Origin: Camelus ferus
Taxonomy: Eukaryota
Length of the DNA stretch: 64,000 bases
Reading direction: 5' to 3'
NCBI RefSeq assembly: GCF_009834535.1
Contig: NC_045707.1
Location: forward strand, 63,366,001 to 63,430,000
Notes under the pieces: generated by a model
The model's input: the letters and a program-made list of their open reading frames with translations, nothing else
Databases searched by the model: none
What the model was told of the DNA's origin: nothing
In this document: in pieces, positions 24,230 through 38,719 of the stretch
How positions within the stretch are numbered: position 1 is the stretch's first letter
How the letters are laid out: each line of letters starts with the position of its first letter
Made by a program: the position numbers and the translations under genes

Positions 24230-24480
24230 AGCACTGATCCTGAACTCTGGCTGCATGATAAAACAACCTGGGAAGTTTTGATAAAATACCAATGGCCAGG
24301 CCTACCTCAAACTAACAGGAATCAAAATCTCGGGCTGAGACTCAAGGGTAACCGAATGATTCTCGTGTTCAGCCAGATGGAGAGCCATTGTTCTAGAGCA
24401 AGGGTTTTCCAAATGTGGTCCGCGGACCACTGGAGGGCCCTGCAACCCCTTCATGGGATCTAGTAAGTCAAAAGTCAAAA
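24230..24480. mobile_element. hAT-Charlie remnants (MER5-like plus an adjacent Charlie-type end)
   Basis: GGCTGCATGATAAAACAACCTGGGAAG...GAGAGCCATTG, then GGTTTTCCAAATGTGGTCCGCGGACC. Confidence 0.5.
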
Positions 24481-26560
24481 CTTCCCCCAAAGAATAAAAC
24501 ATTACCATGCAAAATGCACACTTTTGTAAAACTGGATTGAATTGAATTAATCACGATTTTGATCATCCAACTTAATACAGTGCTTCTGAACCAAGATATT
24601 TTTAGGCAAAGAGTAAAAGAACTGACAATAAAACAGCAAATTTTTCTGTACCTTCAATTTTACTCAGAGGTTTGGAATAAGAAAACAAATCATTATTTCC
24701 AAGTTCACTCTTCTCTGCTTATAAAAGCAATTTGGTGGAAAAGTTTCAAAAAAAAAAAAAAACACCACCTTAATATAAAGAAGAAAATAACTTTTCTATC
24801 ACTTAATAACAAAGGTGTTAGAAACTAACCAAAAGCAGGGGGAGTGGAAATGGAAGGTGAGGTGATTATTCGTTTGGCCCTTCAGGGAGTGTCCTAGGTC
24901 TGTGTTCTTGCCGGAAGCAATCTAGCTATTTATGTTAAGCAAGTCGGCTGCTTGAGGTAAGAGCAAGCAGGCTTGAGGAGGACTTCTCTACTCAGTTTAT
25001 CAAGAAAGATGAGGACAAAAATAGAGAAGAGGAAATGATCCAAAAGAGGAAACTGAAAAATATGTTTTTTAGGAGTCAGAGGGGAATCAAAAGCCATATC
25101 CAAATAATTCTGAGCAGATAAATACAGCCTGGGGGAGAAAGAACAAGGAATTTAACTCAAATTCAGTGCATGCCACTTTTCACAGAGTCATGCACTGGAA
25201 GTCAGAGAAATGCCAATTAAGATTTCCACAAGAAATCATTCTTTGCCTATTTGATTAGCAAAACATTATAAAAGTTGATTTTATGCCCTTCTATGAAGAT
25301 AAAGGGAAATATGTTTCTTCATTGTTATCTGAATGTAAAATGGCACCATTTGGGGAGTTTAACATCCATTGAAAGTTAAAACATGTAGTCTTTGATCAAG
25401 TAATCCCACTTAGAAGAACCTGTCCTTGAGAAATAATCATATATGGGCAAGAAAATATATTCACAAGAATGTTCTTCGCAACATTGCAACTGAGACCAAA
25501 CTTTGAAAACCTCTTTCATGATCATCAATATGGACATGATTAAATACACTGTGGTACTCTGTACTTTGTTGTAATTAGGAATGATGAGGTGGACCTACAG
25601 AATATTTACTGTGCCCCTAGTTGTATAAAAATACCTCAACAAAATATATGTACCTGTGTGTATGAATTTAAATACATAGAAAAAAATTTAAGTAATTTCC
25701 TATGATGGGGCATGAAATGTAGGGAAAAGATATTAAATACTGAATACATATAGATATGTAGATATATGGATAAATGGGCATATAGATATATGAATGGATA
25801 CATAAATACACCCATATGAGTAAAAGCGAACCTTTTGAAGAGAATGCAATATCCTGCTGCTTCTTGTAGGGGTCAGAGAACGGAAAATTCCCACAAAAGA
25901 GACGAGAGACTTTTAGATGGACTACGAAATCTTGGGGAGAAAACTTAAGGATTTGTAGCTTTGTAGGACCATGTGATAGTGGAGTGCCTTCATTGCTTAT
26001 TTTCTATGAAGGTTGGGATTTGGGAAGAAAAAAGAAGTATGTGAGTAATGAGTAGCTAAGTAGATGTTAATATAAAAATAGATATAAAATCAAAGAATGA
26101 GATTTAGATTTCTGAACTACAGATATGGTGAGTTAGGAATATATTTGGGTTGCACAATTGGTGAGATATTGGCCCACATACCATCTGACTTCTTCAAGAG
26201 GAATTTATATTGAATAAGATGAGTTGGGGGAAAAAAATGCCCTGATAAAATTTGACAATTTTTACTCGAGAGCATCAATTTTTCCTGTACCCTATAAAAT
26301 GCTTTTTTAATTACTGACATCCCTTTCACATTGTTGGATTAACATCTAAAAATTTTATTATACATATAAATGGTTACAAAGGAGATCACTTCTTGTGAAT
26401 TTTAAATAATGTCATTTTAAAATAGAACTGTTCCATCATATGTTTAATGTGCATCAAATGAATCCAAACACCATAATAATTTAAAGAATGCATGAATAAG
26501 CTTTTCCTTGTCAGTCAGAAATCTTACTTTTTCTCCTTTTTCTCCTGAACTTACATTTTC

Positions 26561-26931
26561 TATTTTTTATTGAAGTGTAGTTGATTTACAATGTTTCAGG
26601 TGTACAGCTAAGTGATTCAGTCATACATATATAATAAATAATCTACTATTGTCTGTAAATAATCTGATAATATATAATAATCTATTATATATAATCTGAA
26701 AAAGTATATACACATATTCTTTTTCAAATTCTTTTCCATTATAGGTTATTCCAAGATATTCAGTATAGTTCCCTGTGCTATACAGTAGGTCCTTGTTGTT
26801 TCTCTATTTTATATACAGTAGTGTGTATCTGTTAATCCCAAACTCCTAATTTATCCTTCTTCACCCTTTCCGCTTTGGTAACCATAAGTTTGTTTTCTAT
26901 GTCTGTGAGTCTATTTCTGCTTTGTAAATAG
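26561..26931 (-). mobile_element. Artiodactyl-type L1 3' UTR fragment with TSD
   Basis: TTGAAGTGTAGTTGATTTACAATG...CCCTGTGCTATACAGTAGGTCCTTG...GTCTGTGAGTCTATTTCTG; 15-bp TSD TGAACTTACATTTTC (26546-26560) / TGAACTCACATTTTC (26932-26946). Confidence 0.88.
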
Positions 26932-28539
26932 TGAACTCACATTTTCATTCTTCAGACCCCAAAGAATTTGATCTTAATGTAATATATTGTTATGTTTGAA
27001 AGTCTTTTATTGATCAACCTGGTCATATTCTCCTCAATCAAATATATGTGTAAATTATATTTCTAATTTTCAGAAATGTTATGGGACCATTAAGTATGGC
27101 TACCTTTCTCCTAGACTGAATTATCATTAAAATAAATTTTAGTATATTATCAATAGAAACAAATATACTAAAAATATTATACTTAGTAATAAATAAAAGT
27201 AAAATTTTATTGAAAATTCATCTCTGAAATTAGGGTGCTGTTTATTTTTTCAATTAGTTCTTGTATCCATGGATATTTATTACTTTTATCTATAGTGAGA
27301 GGCCAGTGGAAATTAACAACCAAAAGTAGAAATATATTAGATTTCATTAGGAACTAGACTTAGAAACAGTGTTGTCAAATTCAGCATTTACAACAGAATC
27401 TACACTGCACTTCTACTGAATTACCAACTCTAATACCATATCCTTTGGAAAATCTCATTTATCTCCAAGGTTATGTGTGTCCCAGTTTGAAATCATTGTT
27501 ATATTGAGTATATTAGATGACATTAAATGATCAGTAATATCATAGTCTCATATATCCAAATACCAATGTGCAAATAATAGATAATAAAATAACTCTAATG
27601 ACATAAGGTGATAAACAGAACCTCACCCTAAGCACCATAGCTTAGAAACTGATGTGAAATGGCACAAAACTATGATGTGTTCCAAAGGAACAAAGCTACT
27701 TGAAGGACAGCAGGGTAGGACTGTCTACCAAACATACCCTATTCACCTGACTATGCAGCATACTGAGAAGCACTTACAAAAATATCCCAGAAATCATGAA
27801 TTGAAATGATACTATTATTAAAATATATTACAGGTGACAAGACCAGTTCGAGGAATTTGATGATGATTTTTGGCATAGACTGTGAATCTTGAAGAAGCCC
27901 CAGTAAATAGTATTTCTCTTTCCCACCATTGCTTCTAATAGTAACCCCTGAATTAGGAAGACAATGCAGGTTATTCACAGGCAATGATGGTTTTAAGGAG
28001 GCTTGCATCAGCTTATGGGCAGGATGAGCAAAGGAAAAAAGTTCTCTGTGGGCAGGCTCACTCCCAAGTGAAATAAGGGCAGCGTTGAGACAGACATGCC
28101 CATTTGCTTGGCCAAATTTACCAGTCCAAAACCTCCCAGCAGCAACGTGAGTGAATAGGGCAGAGAGAGGCCCACAGTTTACTTCAGCTCCCTCTACAGG
28201 AAAGAAAGATCAGAGAGGAAATAGATAGCCCCCATTGATATAGATTATAAAGCTGGCAGAAAGTCAAGAGAAGATATAAATTATGGAATGAACTCCCTCT
28301 CATTTGGCTGGAAGTTTTATTTTCCTCATAAGTAAATAGTTGGTAAGGTTCTTAACGGGACTTGCTAGTATTTTTCAAGCCCCAGGAAAAAAAAAATGAA
28401 ATAGTAGGAAAACTACTCTATCGTTATTACTTCTTTCTTTTTTAATTCAAAGTTTGAGTGTAGAACAAAAGCGTATCCAAATTCAGATAAACTGTGAAAA
28501 GTAAATCTAGATAATCCTCAATAAGAGAGAGTGGAGCAA

Positions 28540-29385
28540 TTTATTCAAAGGTATAGAGTGCGTCCACGTGCCAGGCAGTGTTCTAGCTGCTGGAGATTCA
28601 GCCGTGAACACATCAGACAAAACCCCTGCCCTGATGGAGCTTACATCTGGGAGGAAAGTAGAAAATCAACAATGTATGATGGTAATAAGCACCATGGAGA
28701 AAAATGAAGACAGACGAGGGAGACAAGGTGTGCTGGAGATGGCCAGCAAAATCTCATGGACTTTTGGGTAGAGAGTCAAAGGAAGTGAGAGAGCAAACCC
28801 TATGGATATCGGGAAGAAGGGCATTCCAGGTAGGCAGATCATGAAGTGCAAAATTCCTACTGAGCTCACTGAACAAGTTAAAACCAGTGTGAAGTCCATG
28901 GACTGGAGTGAAGCGAATGAGGGAGAGAGTTGCAGAGAATAAGCCCAAGGAGGTGGCAGGGCCCAGAGTTTAACTTTTACTCTTGAGTAAGAAAGTACAC
29001 CATTGGAATAGTGGCATAATCTTACTTCTTAAGAGGGTGGTTCTGGTTGATGTTTAAAGACAGTTGCAATAACACAGGGAATAGTTGAATTCAAGTGGAA
29101 ATATGGAAGGCAGTGCAGTGGGTGGGTCTGGGTGATGAATAGTTCTTGAATGTTGAAACAATAGATACGAGATGTGAGAGAAAGAGGGAACCAAGGATAA
29201 ATTTAAAGTTCTGACCCATGCAACTTGAGGGACTGAGTTGTCATTTACTAACACGAGAAAGACTACAGAAAAAGCATGTTTTAAGAAAACTTTATGAATT
29301 CGATTTTGGACATACTAAGTTTGCGACGCCTATTAGACTTCCATGTAAAATTGTGAACGGGCAGTTGGATATCTGAGTCTGGGAT
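28540..29385 (-). mobile_element. L2 remnant
   Basis: GTGCCAGGCAGTGTTCTAGCTGCTGGAGAT...CCTGCCCTGATGGAGCTTACA...TTTTGGACATACTAAGTTTG. Confidence 0.75.
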
Positions 29386-29703
29386 TTAGTGCTATTTAAT
29401 AGAAATACAATGCAAGTCATGAACGTAATTTAAAGTTTTCTAGTAGCCACATTTTATAAAGTTAAAGGAAACAATTGAAATTCATTTTAGCAGCATGTTT
29501 ATAATGAAAATATCTCTGAAATATCATTTCAACATGTAAAAAATATAAAAATTAACGAGATATGTTATCTTCTAAAAAAACACTAAATTGTCAAAAATCT
29601 GGCATATATTTTGCACTTTATAGTACATCTCAATTCAAAAAAGCCACATTTTAAGTGTTCAGTAGCCACATGTGACTGGTAGCTATCTTGCTGGACAGCA
29701 CAG
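29386..29703. mobile_element. MER33-like hAT-Charlie MITE
   Basis: TTTTCTAGTAGCCACATT...CAGTAGCCACATGTGACTGGTAGCTA...GGACAGCACAG; ~320 bp. Confidence 0.75.
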
Positions 29704-29799
29704 GTTTCAATAAAATAGATGACTACAGAGGCAACTCTTTGAAAAGTTCAGATCAAAAAAAAAAAAAAAAAAACAAAACCTTGAACAAATTATAGAAAG

Positions 29800-30201
29800 A
29801 ATAATACCAAGAGATACTTTTGGCAGCAAGTAAAAGCCTCAAACAAGCTTAAAGGAAAGTCTGTATCAGCCATCAGAGGAAGTCCTGAAGTGGGGCAGAC
29901 TCAATCATGTCATCAAAGACCCAGGTTCTTTTCATGTTTTCACACTGTCATCTGCGTGTTGCCTTTATCCCAAGGCTAGTAGCAAAACAGCGGTAGTGGT
30001 CCCAGGTGTCACATCGTGATACAACCGCATTCAGAAGTAAAATAAACAAAGCCTCTCTTCTTGTGTGTCTCTCTTACTAGTGAGAAAACTTCACTATGAG
30101 ACTCCTACCCACACCCCGTGATAAGATTCGTTTCGTTTCTCATTGGCCAGAGTTGAGTTAAATGCTGTTCCATTAACCAGTCACTCTCAAGAAGTGGATG
30201 T
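29800..30201 (-). mobile_element. Old MaLR LTR (MLT1K/L-like), interrupted by the adjacent L1
   Basis: TGTCATCAAAGACCCAGGTTCTTTTCAT...TCTCATTGGCCAGAGTTGAGT...AACCAGTCACT; apparently resumes as ATGGCTTAGA near 33730. Confidence 0.55.
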
Positions 30202-33200
30202 GGGGAGTTCTAGTTGTGGACAAAATAAATAGTCACTGTCCAACCTGTCTCTCCCACTGAATGCAGTAATAAAACCACATAAATGAAACACACATTTGAG
30301 GACTCTTAGAAGTGAAACAGCGGCAGGCAGATTCAGAATAGGGATTCAAATCACCCCTGAACCAACAGTGCATTTATCTCTTTTTTTCCCTCCAATATCC
30401 CACAGCCTGGTTTCAAGGCAGGCAAACAACCAGAAACAACACATTGGTGTGGATAGAGAGAGCTCAGGAAGAAGCCCTCTGGTTCAAGCTCAAGGAGCAA
30501 GAAAGTCGATTGGCAGCAACAGTCATAGCAACAGGAGGCCACAGGCACCTGACATGCTGAGGAAGAGGAACTTTCCTCTCTGACCAGAGGAGCGCTGGTC
30601 CTAAGAAAGTGCCAGGAACTTTGGTTGCTTTTTTTTCCGGTGTGTTCTCCAGATGCAAATAGATGACGACAGAGGGAACTCTCTGAAAAGCTGGCACAAG
30701 TTTCAGTTTGGTCCTCGAGCTAGGTACAGTTGCAGGAACTGTATGTCAGAACAGGGTAAATAAAACTCCAACTTTCCAGCCAGAGGACTATAAAAGGAAG
30801 CCATAAAATATTGAGGAAATAGAGGAGGGAGGGGGGCTTAAGAAACCAACACCATAAGATTATTTCTGAATTCCCAGGCTCATCCTGGAATTGTACATGT
30901 AAGGACCTGATTCTAAATAGCATATAAAAGACTTTGATAACTGAGAGATCCAGGTCCCAGACTGGCTACTAGATGTGGGACAAATGTGCATAGCTCAGCA
31001 AATATTTTGAAACAAGACTGGTACCGAGACCACAACTCATAGAAAGATGACTGGAACTAATGGCTTGAACTCAATAGGTCAACTGGCTGCCATACAAAAA
31101 TATCAATAACATTCATAAGATTTAAACAGGACTCGAAGTCTCATAACTTAATATTCAAAATGCCTAAGTTATAATCCAAAATTAATCAACATATGAAGAA
31201 CCAGGAACATCTCAGCCCACATGGGAAAAGATAATTGATAGATGCCCATTCTGAGATGATACAAATTTTGACATTATCTGACAAGGATTTTAAGAAAACT
31301 ACTATAAAAATGTCCAACAAATAAGGGTGAATACTGTTCAGATGAGTGGAAAGATAGAAAGTCTTAGCAAAGAAACCGAAGATGTAAGGAAGACCAAACA
31401 GAATCTTTAGAACAAAAAAATACAATAACCAAAATTTACAACTTACTGCATATTCTCAGCAGCAGAATGGAGGTGACAGGGGCAAGATTCAGTGAACTTA
31501 AAGACAACAGAAACCATCCAATCTAAGTAATAGAGAGAAAAACAATTGAAAACCTGACCAACTTACAGATTCCAGAAGCTTGGTGAATCCCAAGCAAGAT
31601 TTAAAAACTTTTGGTATTCTTATATCCACGTTCATACACACTATACTCTCACTACTAAAAACTAAAGAGAAAATTTTGAAAGCAGTCAGAGAAAAAAATG
31701 ACACATTATTTGTAACAGAACAACAATTAGAATGACTGTGGATTTCTCATCAAAACCCATAAAGGCCAGAAGGAAACGGAACAACATTTTTTAAGTACTG
31801 GAAGAAAAGATCTGTCAACCTAGAATTCTACATCCAATGAAAACATCCTTTAGGAATGCAGGTGAAATGAAGACATTCTCAGGTGAAGAAAAATTAAGAG
31901 AATTCATTGCCAGTAGACTTGCTGTAAAAGAATTGCTAAAGGAAGTTATTCAGACAGAAGCGAAGTGATAGCAAAGGAAACTTGGAACAATACTTGTAAA
32001 GAAAGAGGATCAGAAATAATAAAATGTTGCAAAATGTAATATACTATTTGTCTCTTGAGTTCTTTAAAATTATTGATAATTGAAAGCAAATATTATAACA
32101 TTATCTATAGGTTTTCAGTAATGAGGTATACATAACAATTACATAACAAATGGATAGGATAAAGCCTGTATTGTGGTAAGATTTATACACTCTGCTTGAA
32201 GTATTGATTCTAAATAAACTAGAAAAAGTCAAATTTGTATATTATAATGCCTAGAACATCATTAAAAAATAAGTCTAAACAAAGATATATATTTTTTAAA
32301 TAATAGAAAAAATTTAATGGAATACTAAAACAATTTTCAAATAACCTAAATAGAGGCAGGAAACAGGAAAAAGAGGAATGTAAAACAAAGAAAACTAACA
32401 GAAAAAAGGTATTAATATTCAAATATATCAATAATTACATTAAATATTAATGATCTAAACATGTCAACTAAAAAATGAGACTGTCAGAATAGACTGAAAA
32501 ACTATATGATCCAACCGTGTGCTGTCCATAAAAAATTCATCTAATATGTTATAGATTTAAAGTAAGAACAGAAACAAAAGATATATTATGCAAGCACTAG
32601 TCAAAAAATCTAGAATTTGTATGTTAATATTAGACAAATTAAACCTAGAGTAGAGAAAATTAACAGAGTAAAAGAGAAATATTATATAATGATAAAAGAG
32701 TGAACTCACTATGATACAACAAACCAGAAAGTGTGTGCATCTAACAAGAGAGATTCAAAATACAAGAAGAATAAAAACTGGAAGAACTGAAAGGGAAAAC
32801 AGACAAATCCACAACTACAGATGGAAAGTTCAACACTCCTTTCTCAGAAATTGGCAGAATTAACAGACTGAAAATCAACAAGTATTTGGAAGAACTAAAA
32901 AACATCATTAACAAACTAGATTAATTGGCACTTATAAAACTCTCCACTCAACAACTTCAGAATACATGTTATTTCCAATCAGATGCGGAATATTGCCAAA
33001 ATATATCATATCCAGGATAACAAAAAAAAACCTAAACAAATGTTAAAGAATTAAAATTAGACAAAGTATTTTTCCAATCATAATGACATTAAACTAGAAA
33101 TCAATAAAAGACAGTAATGAAGTAATATACAGTGATATTGGCAAAGAAAAAGACACATAGGTCAATGGAACAGGATAGAGAACAGAAACGGAATCACACA

Positions 33201-33713
33201 AATATGGCCAACTGATTTTTTTACAAAGGTGGAAAGGCAATTTAATGGAGAAAGGATAGACTTTTCAAAAAATGGAACAAATAGATATTCATTTAAGAAA
33301 GAACTTTGACCTAAATCTCACACTTATTTCAAAAGTTAACTCAAAATGGATCAAAGATGTAAATATAAAACACAAAACTATGTAACTTCCAGAAGGAATC
33401 ATAAGAGAAATTCTTCATGATCTGAGATTAGGCACAGAGGCCTTAGATATGACACACAAGTATAAATCCATTAAAAAAACTGATGAACTGGATTTTATTA
33501 AATTTTTAATTGCTTCATGAAAGACTTAAAATAATGAAAAGATAAGCTACAGACTCAGAAAAAAGATTTTAAATTATATATCTGACAATGGACTTGTATC
33601 CAGAATATATAAAGAAGAGACATAACTCAGCAGTAAAATAAGAAATGGGCAAAAGACTTGAACAGACGCTTCACCAAAGAGGTTATATGTACTATAAGCG
33701 CACAATAAAGGAC
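30202..33713 (+). mobile_element. Old degenerate L1 (L1M-type): 5' region, ORF1 remnant, ORF2 endonuclease remnant, internal deletions
   Basis: ORF1-like DNA 31200-31960 (CTGTCAACCTAGAATTCTACATCCA); ORF2 start-like ISIITLNIN at ~32425; jump at ~33110 from the post-EN region to the post-RT region (ACATAGGTCAATGGAACAGGATAGAG). Confidence 0.8.
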
Positions 33714-34619
33714 AAGTGGGTGTAAGAGAATGGCTTAGATCCGTTAGAAATTGTGGCAATGGATAAATTCTAGACTGAATTGAAATGCGTGAAAAATAAT
33801 GCAAAAATAAATTTGATTTTTAAAAAATTTTTGGAGCAAAACAAGGAGGCAATAAGCCCTCTGCTAAGGGCAGATAGTATAAGGTTAACTGATGACGGAG
33901 AGAACATGAAACTAATTGCTATTATGCTTCCACTTTATCTGTCAAGAAGACGACTTTATATTAGTGAAAATGGTGAGCTACAAAAACAGACTATACAATA
34001 TAATTCCATTTCAGACAGACAGATAGATAGACAGACAGGCATCTATATGTGCATAGAAATAAGATGGGAAGGACATACACAAATGTCAACAGTTTCATTT
34101 CTAGGTGTAAGATTTTCGTGTTCTTTTTGCTCTGCATACTTATTTCATGAATATTCCATAATGCACAGTTATTGCCTGTAAAACAAAGGAGAACAAATAA
34201 GTGATTTTAAAATGTAAAAAGATGGTAAAAGAAACTTTGAGGAAACAGAAACTCCAGGTGAGGAGTTTCTAAATGCACATATAGATTTTATAAGAGTTAC
34301 AGTTAAATACACCCCAGAGCACTGCTAGAACTTTTGTAGAAGAGAACATATACAAAAGTAGTACCAATTTTCAGAAAAGAAATTTCAGCCTCTGAGAACT
34401 ATAGCAAGATTCTACACCTAACTACTGGCAGAACAGGTCTGCAGAACTTAGAAAAGAAACACCACTAGGACCCCAGCTTGGACTCACTAAAAATAAGTCA
34501 TGACAGACAAACCTCATTTCATTTTCTTCTAGAAGTGATGGCTGCTATGTCCTCACACTTGACCTGTTCAACACTTCTTTCTCTTTCTCATGACAATATT
34601 TTGGTTTTATTTTGGCTAT

Positions 34620-35680
34620 TTAATAGACTTCCAAAACTTGCCATGTCCAATGGTTTCTTCATCTTTTCCCCTCAAACCTGATCCTTCTACTATCTTTCCC
34701 ATCTCAGGAACTGGCAGCTGCAACCTTCCAGGGGCCAACCATCCTGGAGTCATCCTGATTCCTCTCTCTCACACTCCACCTTCAAACCCATCAGCAAGTA
34801 CTGTTGGTTTTACCTTTAAAATACACCAAAGATCTGACCACTTTTACACCACTGCTGCTACCCCACCCCTACACTCACCATCTTTCCTCATCTGGGTTAT
34901 TACAGCGGTCTCTGAGTGAAATCATTACTTCTAATCTTGGCCACCTACACTCAACCATCCCTTTAAAAACACAAGTCAGGTCATGGCACTCCTATGATAA
35001 AACCCTCAAATGACTCTCCATCTCACTCCAAGTAAATGACCGTGGCCCTGAGGACCCCTCATGAAATGTTTTGCTTTCTGGTCTTCCTCCTTCTCCCTCC
35101 TTTGCTCATCCTGGCTCCAGACACAGTGGTATCCTTGCTGGACCTTGAACCAGCCATGCACTCTCTGGCCTCAGGGCCTTTGCACTTGCTCCTTCCTCTA
35201 CCTGGAATCCTCTGCTTCCAGATCCCCACATAGCTGGAATGACTATACATCCTGGTTTGCCTGAGAGAGTCCCATTTGTGCCTGATATCCCAGCATAACA
35301 CACACAATCTTAAAAGTGTCCACCTTTGGATGAAAAGTTGTAACAGGACTCAGAGCCTCATCTCTTTCAAGTCCGCTCAATCTCAACTTCTCACTGAGGA
35401 CTCTCTGACACCTGATTTAAAATCGTAGCCCCCTCCCCCAGGACACTTAAATTCTTTCTTTGTTTTGTGGGGTTTACCCCCCAAGACTCTTTCCACCTTC
35501 TGATATACCATATTACCTTCTTATTTATTAAGTTTATTGTCTGTAGTCTATCGTTACGTATATAAACTCCGTGAAGGTAGATATCTTGCCTGTTTTATTT
35601 CAATATTGTAACCCTAGAACCTAGAACAGTGCCTAGCATAAAGCAGTTCTCCATAAATGCTTAATGATAAATGAATGCAC
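34620..35680 (+). mobile_element. L2 3' remnant with nested MER94-like hAT element (~35228-35345)
   Basis: GCCTCAGGGCCTTTGCACTTGCT, CCTAGAACAGTGCCTAGCATA, terminal AATGAATG; the insert has ATGACTATACATCCTGGTTTGCCTGAG. Confidence 0.7.
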
Positions 35681-38600
35681 AAATGAGTGCCTAGAAACTT
35701 GTTTACCCACAAGATATCAAAATAAAATAAAAATTTATATTTGGGGACCTTGAGGAAAAATAAATATTCTATAAAACATTCCTTAAAGTCACAGAATTCA
35801 ACATACCTTATTATCTAACTAAAAAGTATTATCCTTACATATCTGAAAAATAGTTCTACACCTTCTAATGAGGTGGTAGGTGACCTCTGTAAACACCTTG
35901 ATAAACACATAGACTTTTTAGAGAAGGTCTAGTCATTTTGGATTAGCATAAATATTAACAAGTTTGTACAGTTTGTGCACTGAGCACCAGAAGCTTTAAA
36001 AATGTGAAAATCTCTTGATTTATCTCAATTTTTCACAGGGGATTTTTTCATAAGAGAGAGAATGATGCCAATAAAGTTGTGGAGAACATTAAAAAAAAGT
36101 ATTATCCTAGTCTTAAAAGATGTTGGAATTTTAATATGAATATTTTCCTGATTCAAATAAACCTACATAACTATATTGAATGAATGAATATTATATATAT
36201 ATAATATACATATGCCAGGATTTCTTTATTCATTTGGTTGAAAGTGATAGAAATTTAACCTGAACTTCAGGAAGTAAGAAAAAAAACAGAGAGAGGAGAT
36301 GTTTATTGCAAAGATACTGTGGAGTCACAGAAATTAAGGACCAAACTTTTGCACAGCAGCTTCTGGGATTTTAAAGCTTGAACAAAAGAATTCAAACACA
36401 AACAAGATTCTTTTCTCTTCTCTGCTCTTCCTGTATTTTGGCCTTATTCTCTCCTATTGCAGACTGATTGTGCAAGTATTTTTTCTCTCATCTCCCACCT
36501 GTACTTAAAAAAAAAAAAAAAAAGTCCCACGGATGGACTGACTCCTGTTGGCCGCAGCTTGAATCACATCCGCTAAGGAAAGAGGACGGAATATCGTGAC
36601 GGCTCCTCCACCCGCTGGAGCAGTCACTACAGTCAGAAATGCATGTCCCTTTCACAAAATGACAACCACTCTTCCCATATGCACGGGAAGGAAGAAGGGA
36701 GAAATACTTCCTCAAAAGAAATCGAGTCCTTTTCCCAAAGGAAATGAGAGACGCTCAGAAAACAACAAAATAAAAATCTACTTCGATACCTTTTTATATA
36801 GTTTAAGTGTTACACAAAGCTACAGTGTATTCTGGAGATTAATAAACACTAACATGTTGTTCGCTCATAAATGTGTAAGATTTCTTCTTCTGATTCAGCA
36901 CTTTGATAAACCCTTTGCAATTTTACATCCAGTAGCCAATTTACTTGGCTTTAATAAGACACATTACCAAAATAGTGCACCTCGCCCAGTCTTAGATGTT
37001 CTCTCTTTTTTCACTACGTTAAATAATGATATACATTTTCAATTTATCTATGGTGAATGTTAGAATGTGACAGCTGTATTTGTTTTTCACGATGTAAAGT
37101 GAATGATAATATCTCACAAGCTGATTTATTTCCTTCCTTTCTATCCACAATGATCTGACTGTGCTATTTCAGCTTAAAAATATGGATGCTGACGCACCAG
37201 CTGCTTTAACGCTAGAGAACAGTTATTTCTCATGAACCAACAGTTTTACTTAAAGGAGGAGACAGAAAATAAAGGAAATTTTCTCAGGAACACCTAAACC
37301 AAACAAACAGCAATACAAAAAAAAAAAAAAAAACAAAAAACCACCTAAGTTTTGACAACATTGCAAGTTTCCTTTTGTTAAGGTACAAGATACAGAATTT
37401 CCCAGAACAACAAAATCAATTAAAGCCTGAATTCTCATAATTAGAGTTGTCGTTGTTATTATCACGTTATCGCCACAAAAATGCCTCATCTGCATTCCCA
37501 ATTAAACTTGCTGTATAACTTGTGCAAAATGCTATAAATTGAACTAAAATACTGTGGATGATACGTGGCAGATGATTTTTTCTTCCATTTTGTTTTGTTT
37601 TATGGGTTTTTCCACTTTAAAGGAATCGAACAGACTACCTCCTTTAGAAAATCGTGCAGGCAGGGACTGAAGCAGTGATTTATGCTGTGACATAATATGT
37701 TTTTGACACAAAAAGTACTTGTCACAAATGCAAGATACAAAAGCAACTATTCCAAGTTTTTTAAGGGAAGCAAGGAAAAGCTGGCTTTCTTCGGTCAATA
37801 ATACATCTGACACACATAATGATTGAAAACTGACAGCTACAAGATGTGATTTAGATGCTTAGAATTCCTCACAATGAAAAGGAAAGATATCAATTGTGTA
37901 TTTCATACTAATTTTGCTGTAATGCAACTGAACTTCTACTGATGGCATCAAGTCTTATAATAATTGTATTAGTAATTGGTGAGTCATATGATGAATAACA
38001 TCTTTAATTGAATACTTGTTTTCACAGTATAGCTACAGCTCTGCCTCAAAATTGAGTTCGATTTGGCACTCTAGGAGAATGGATTTAATCTTTCATCCTC
38101 CACCAGTCTTATATGAGTAATTTTATTTTTAAAGGAAAAGAAGAGAAAAACCATGAGGTTAAGTAATGATGGTGAGTTTTAATTGGCCGTGGTCCTCAGA
38201 AACAGTGAAGAGGAATTTGGGAAGATGTGACTTATCTCAAACCCTGCCGAATATCAGTGCACTTTCATAAAACCAAAGAGAAATGTCTGTCCTGAATGGC
38301 TTCAGGAAAATTCGTGCCATCACAAAACGTTTTCTTCCAAAGACTCATTCTCTGCTTTGAGACTTCAAGACTTTCCGTTTGTACACACTGACTGCTTCAT
38401 TCTGGTGCAGACTCTGGCTTTCAGACTCCAAGCTCATTTTTACAGGTCAAGATATAGGTAGGAATCCGCAGAGATGGTGTCCTCCCTTCACGTGACCACT
38501 CTGCCCACCCAGTCCCCCAGAAAGCCACTATTTCATTTCATTATCAAAAAGCTATGACTTTATGCTAAAATTTTATCCTGATTTTAAAAACAGATTAAGT

Positions 38601-38719
38601 ATATCCAAACCCTCATCGTTTGGGCTATATTATGAACACAAAGCACAAGTTCAAATACCCATGTTTTCTTGTAAACTCAATTGGATGGCTTTGTCTTTTC
38701 AAAAGTACTTAGCCGTCCA

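Noticed and set aside
36596..37063. 155-aa ORF, and similar 100-145 aa ORFs at 33780 and 49114
   Set aside because: Non-ATG starts, no recognisable homology or exon structure, partly repeat-derived.
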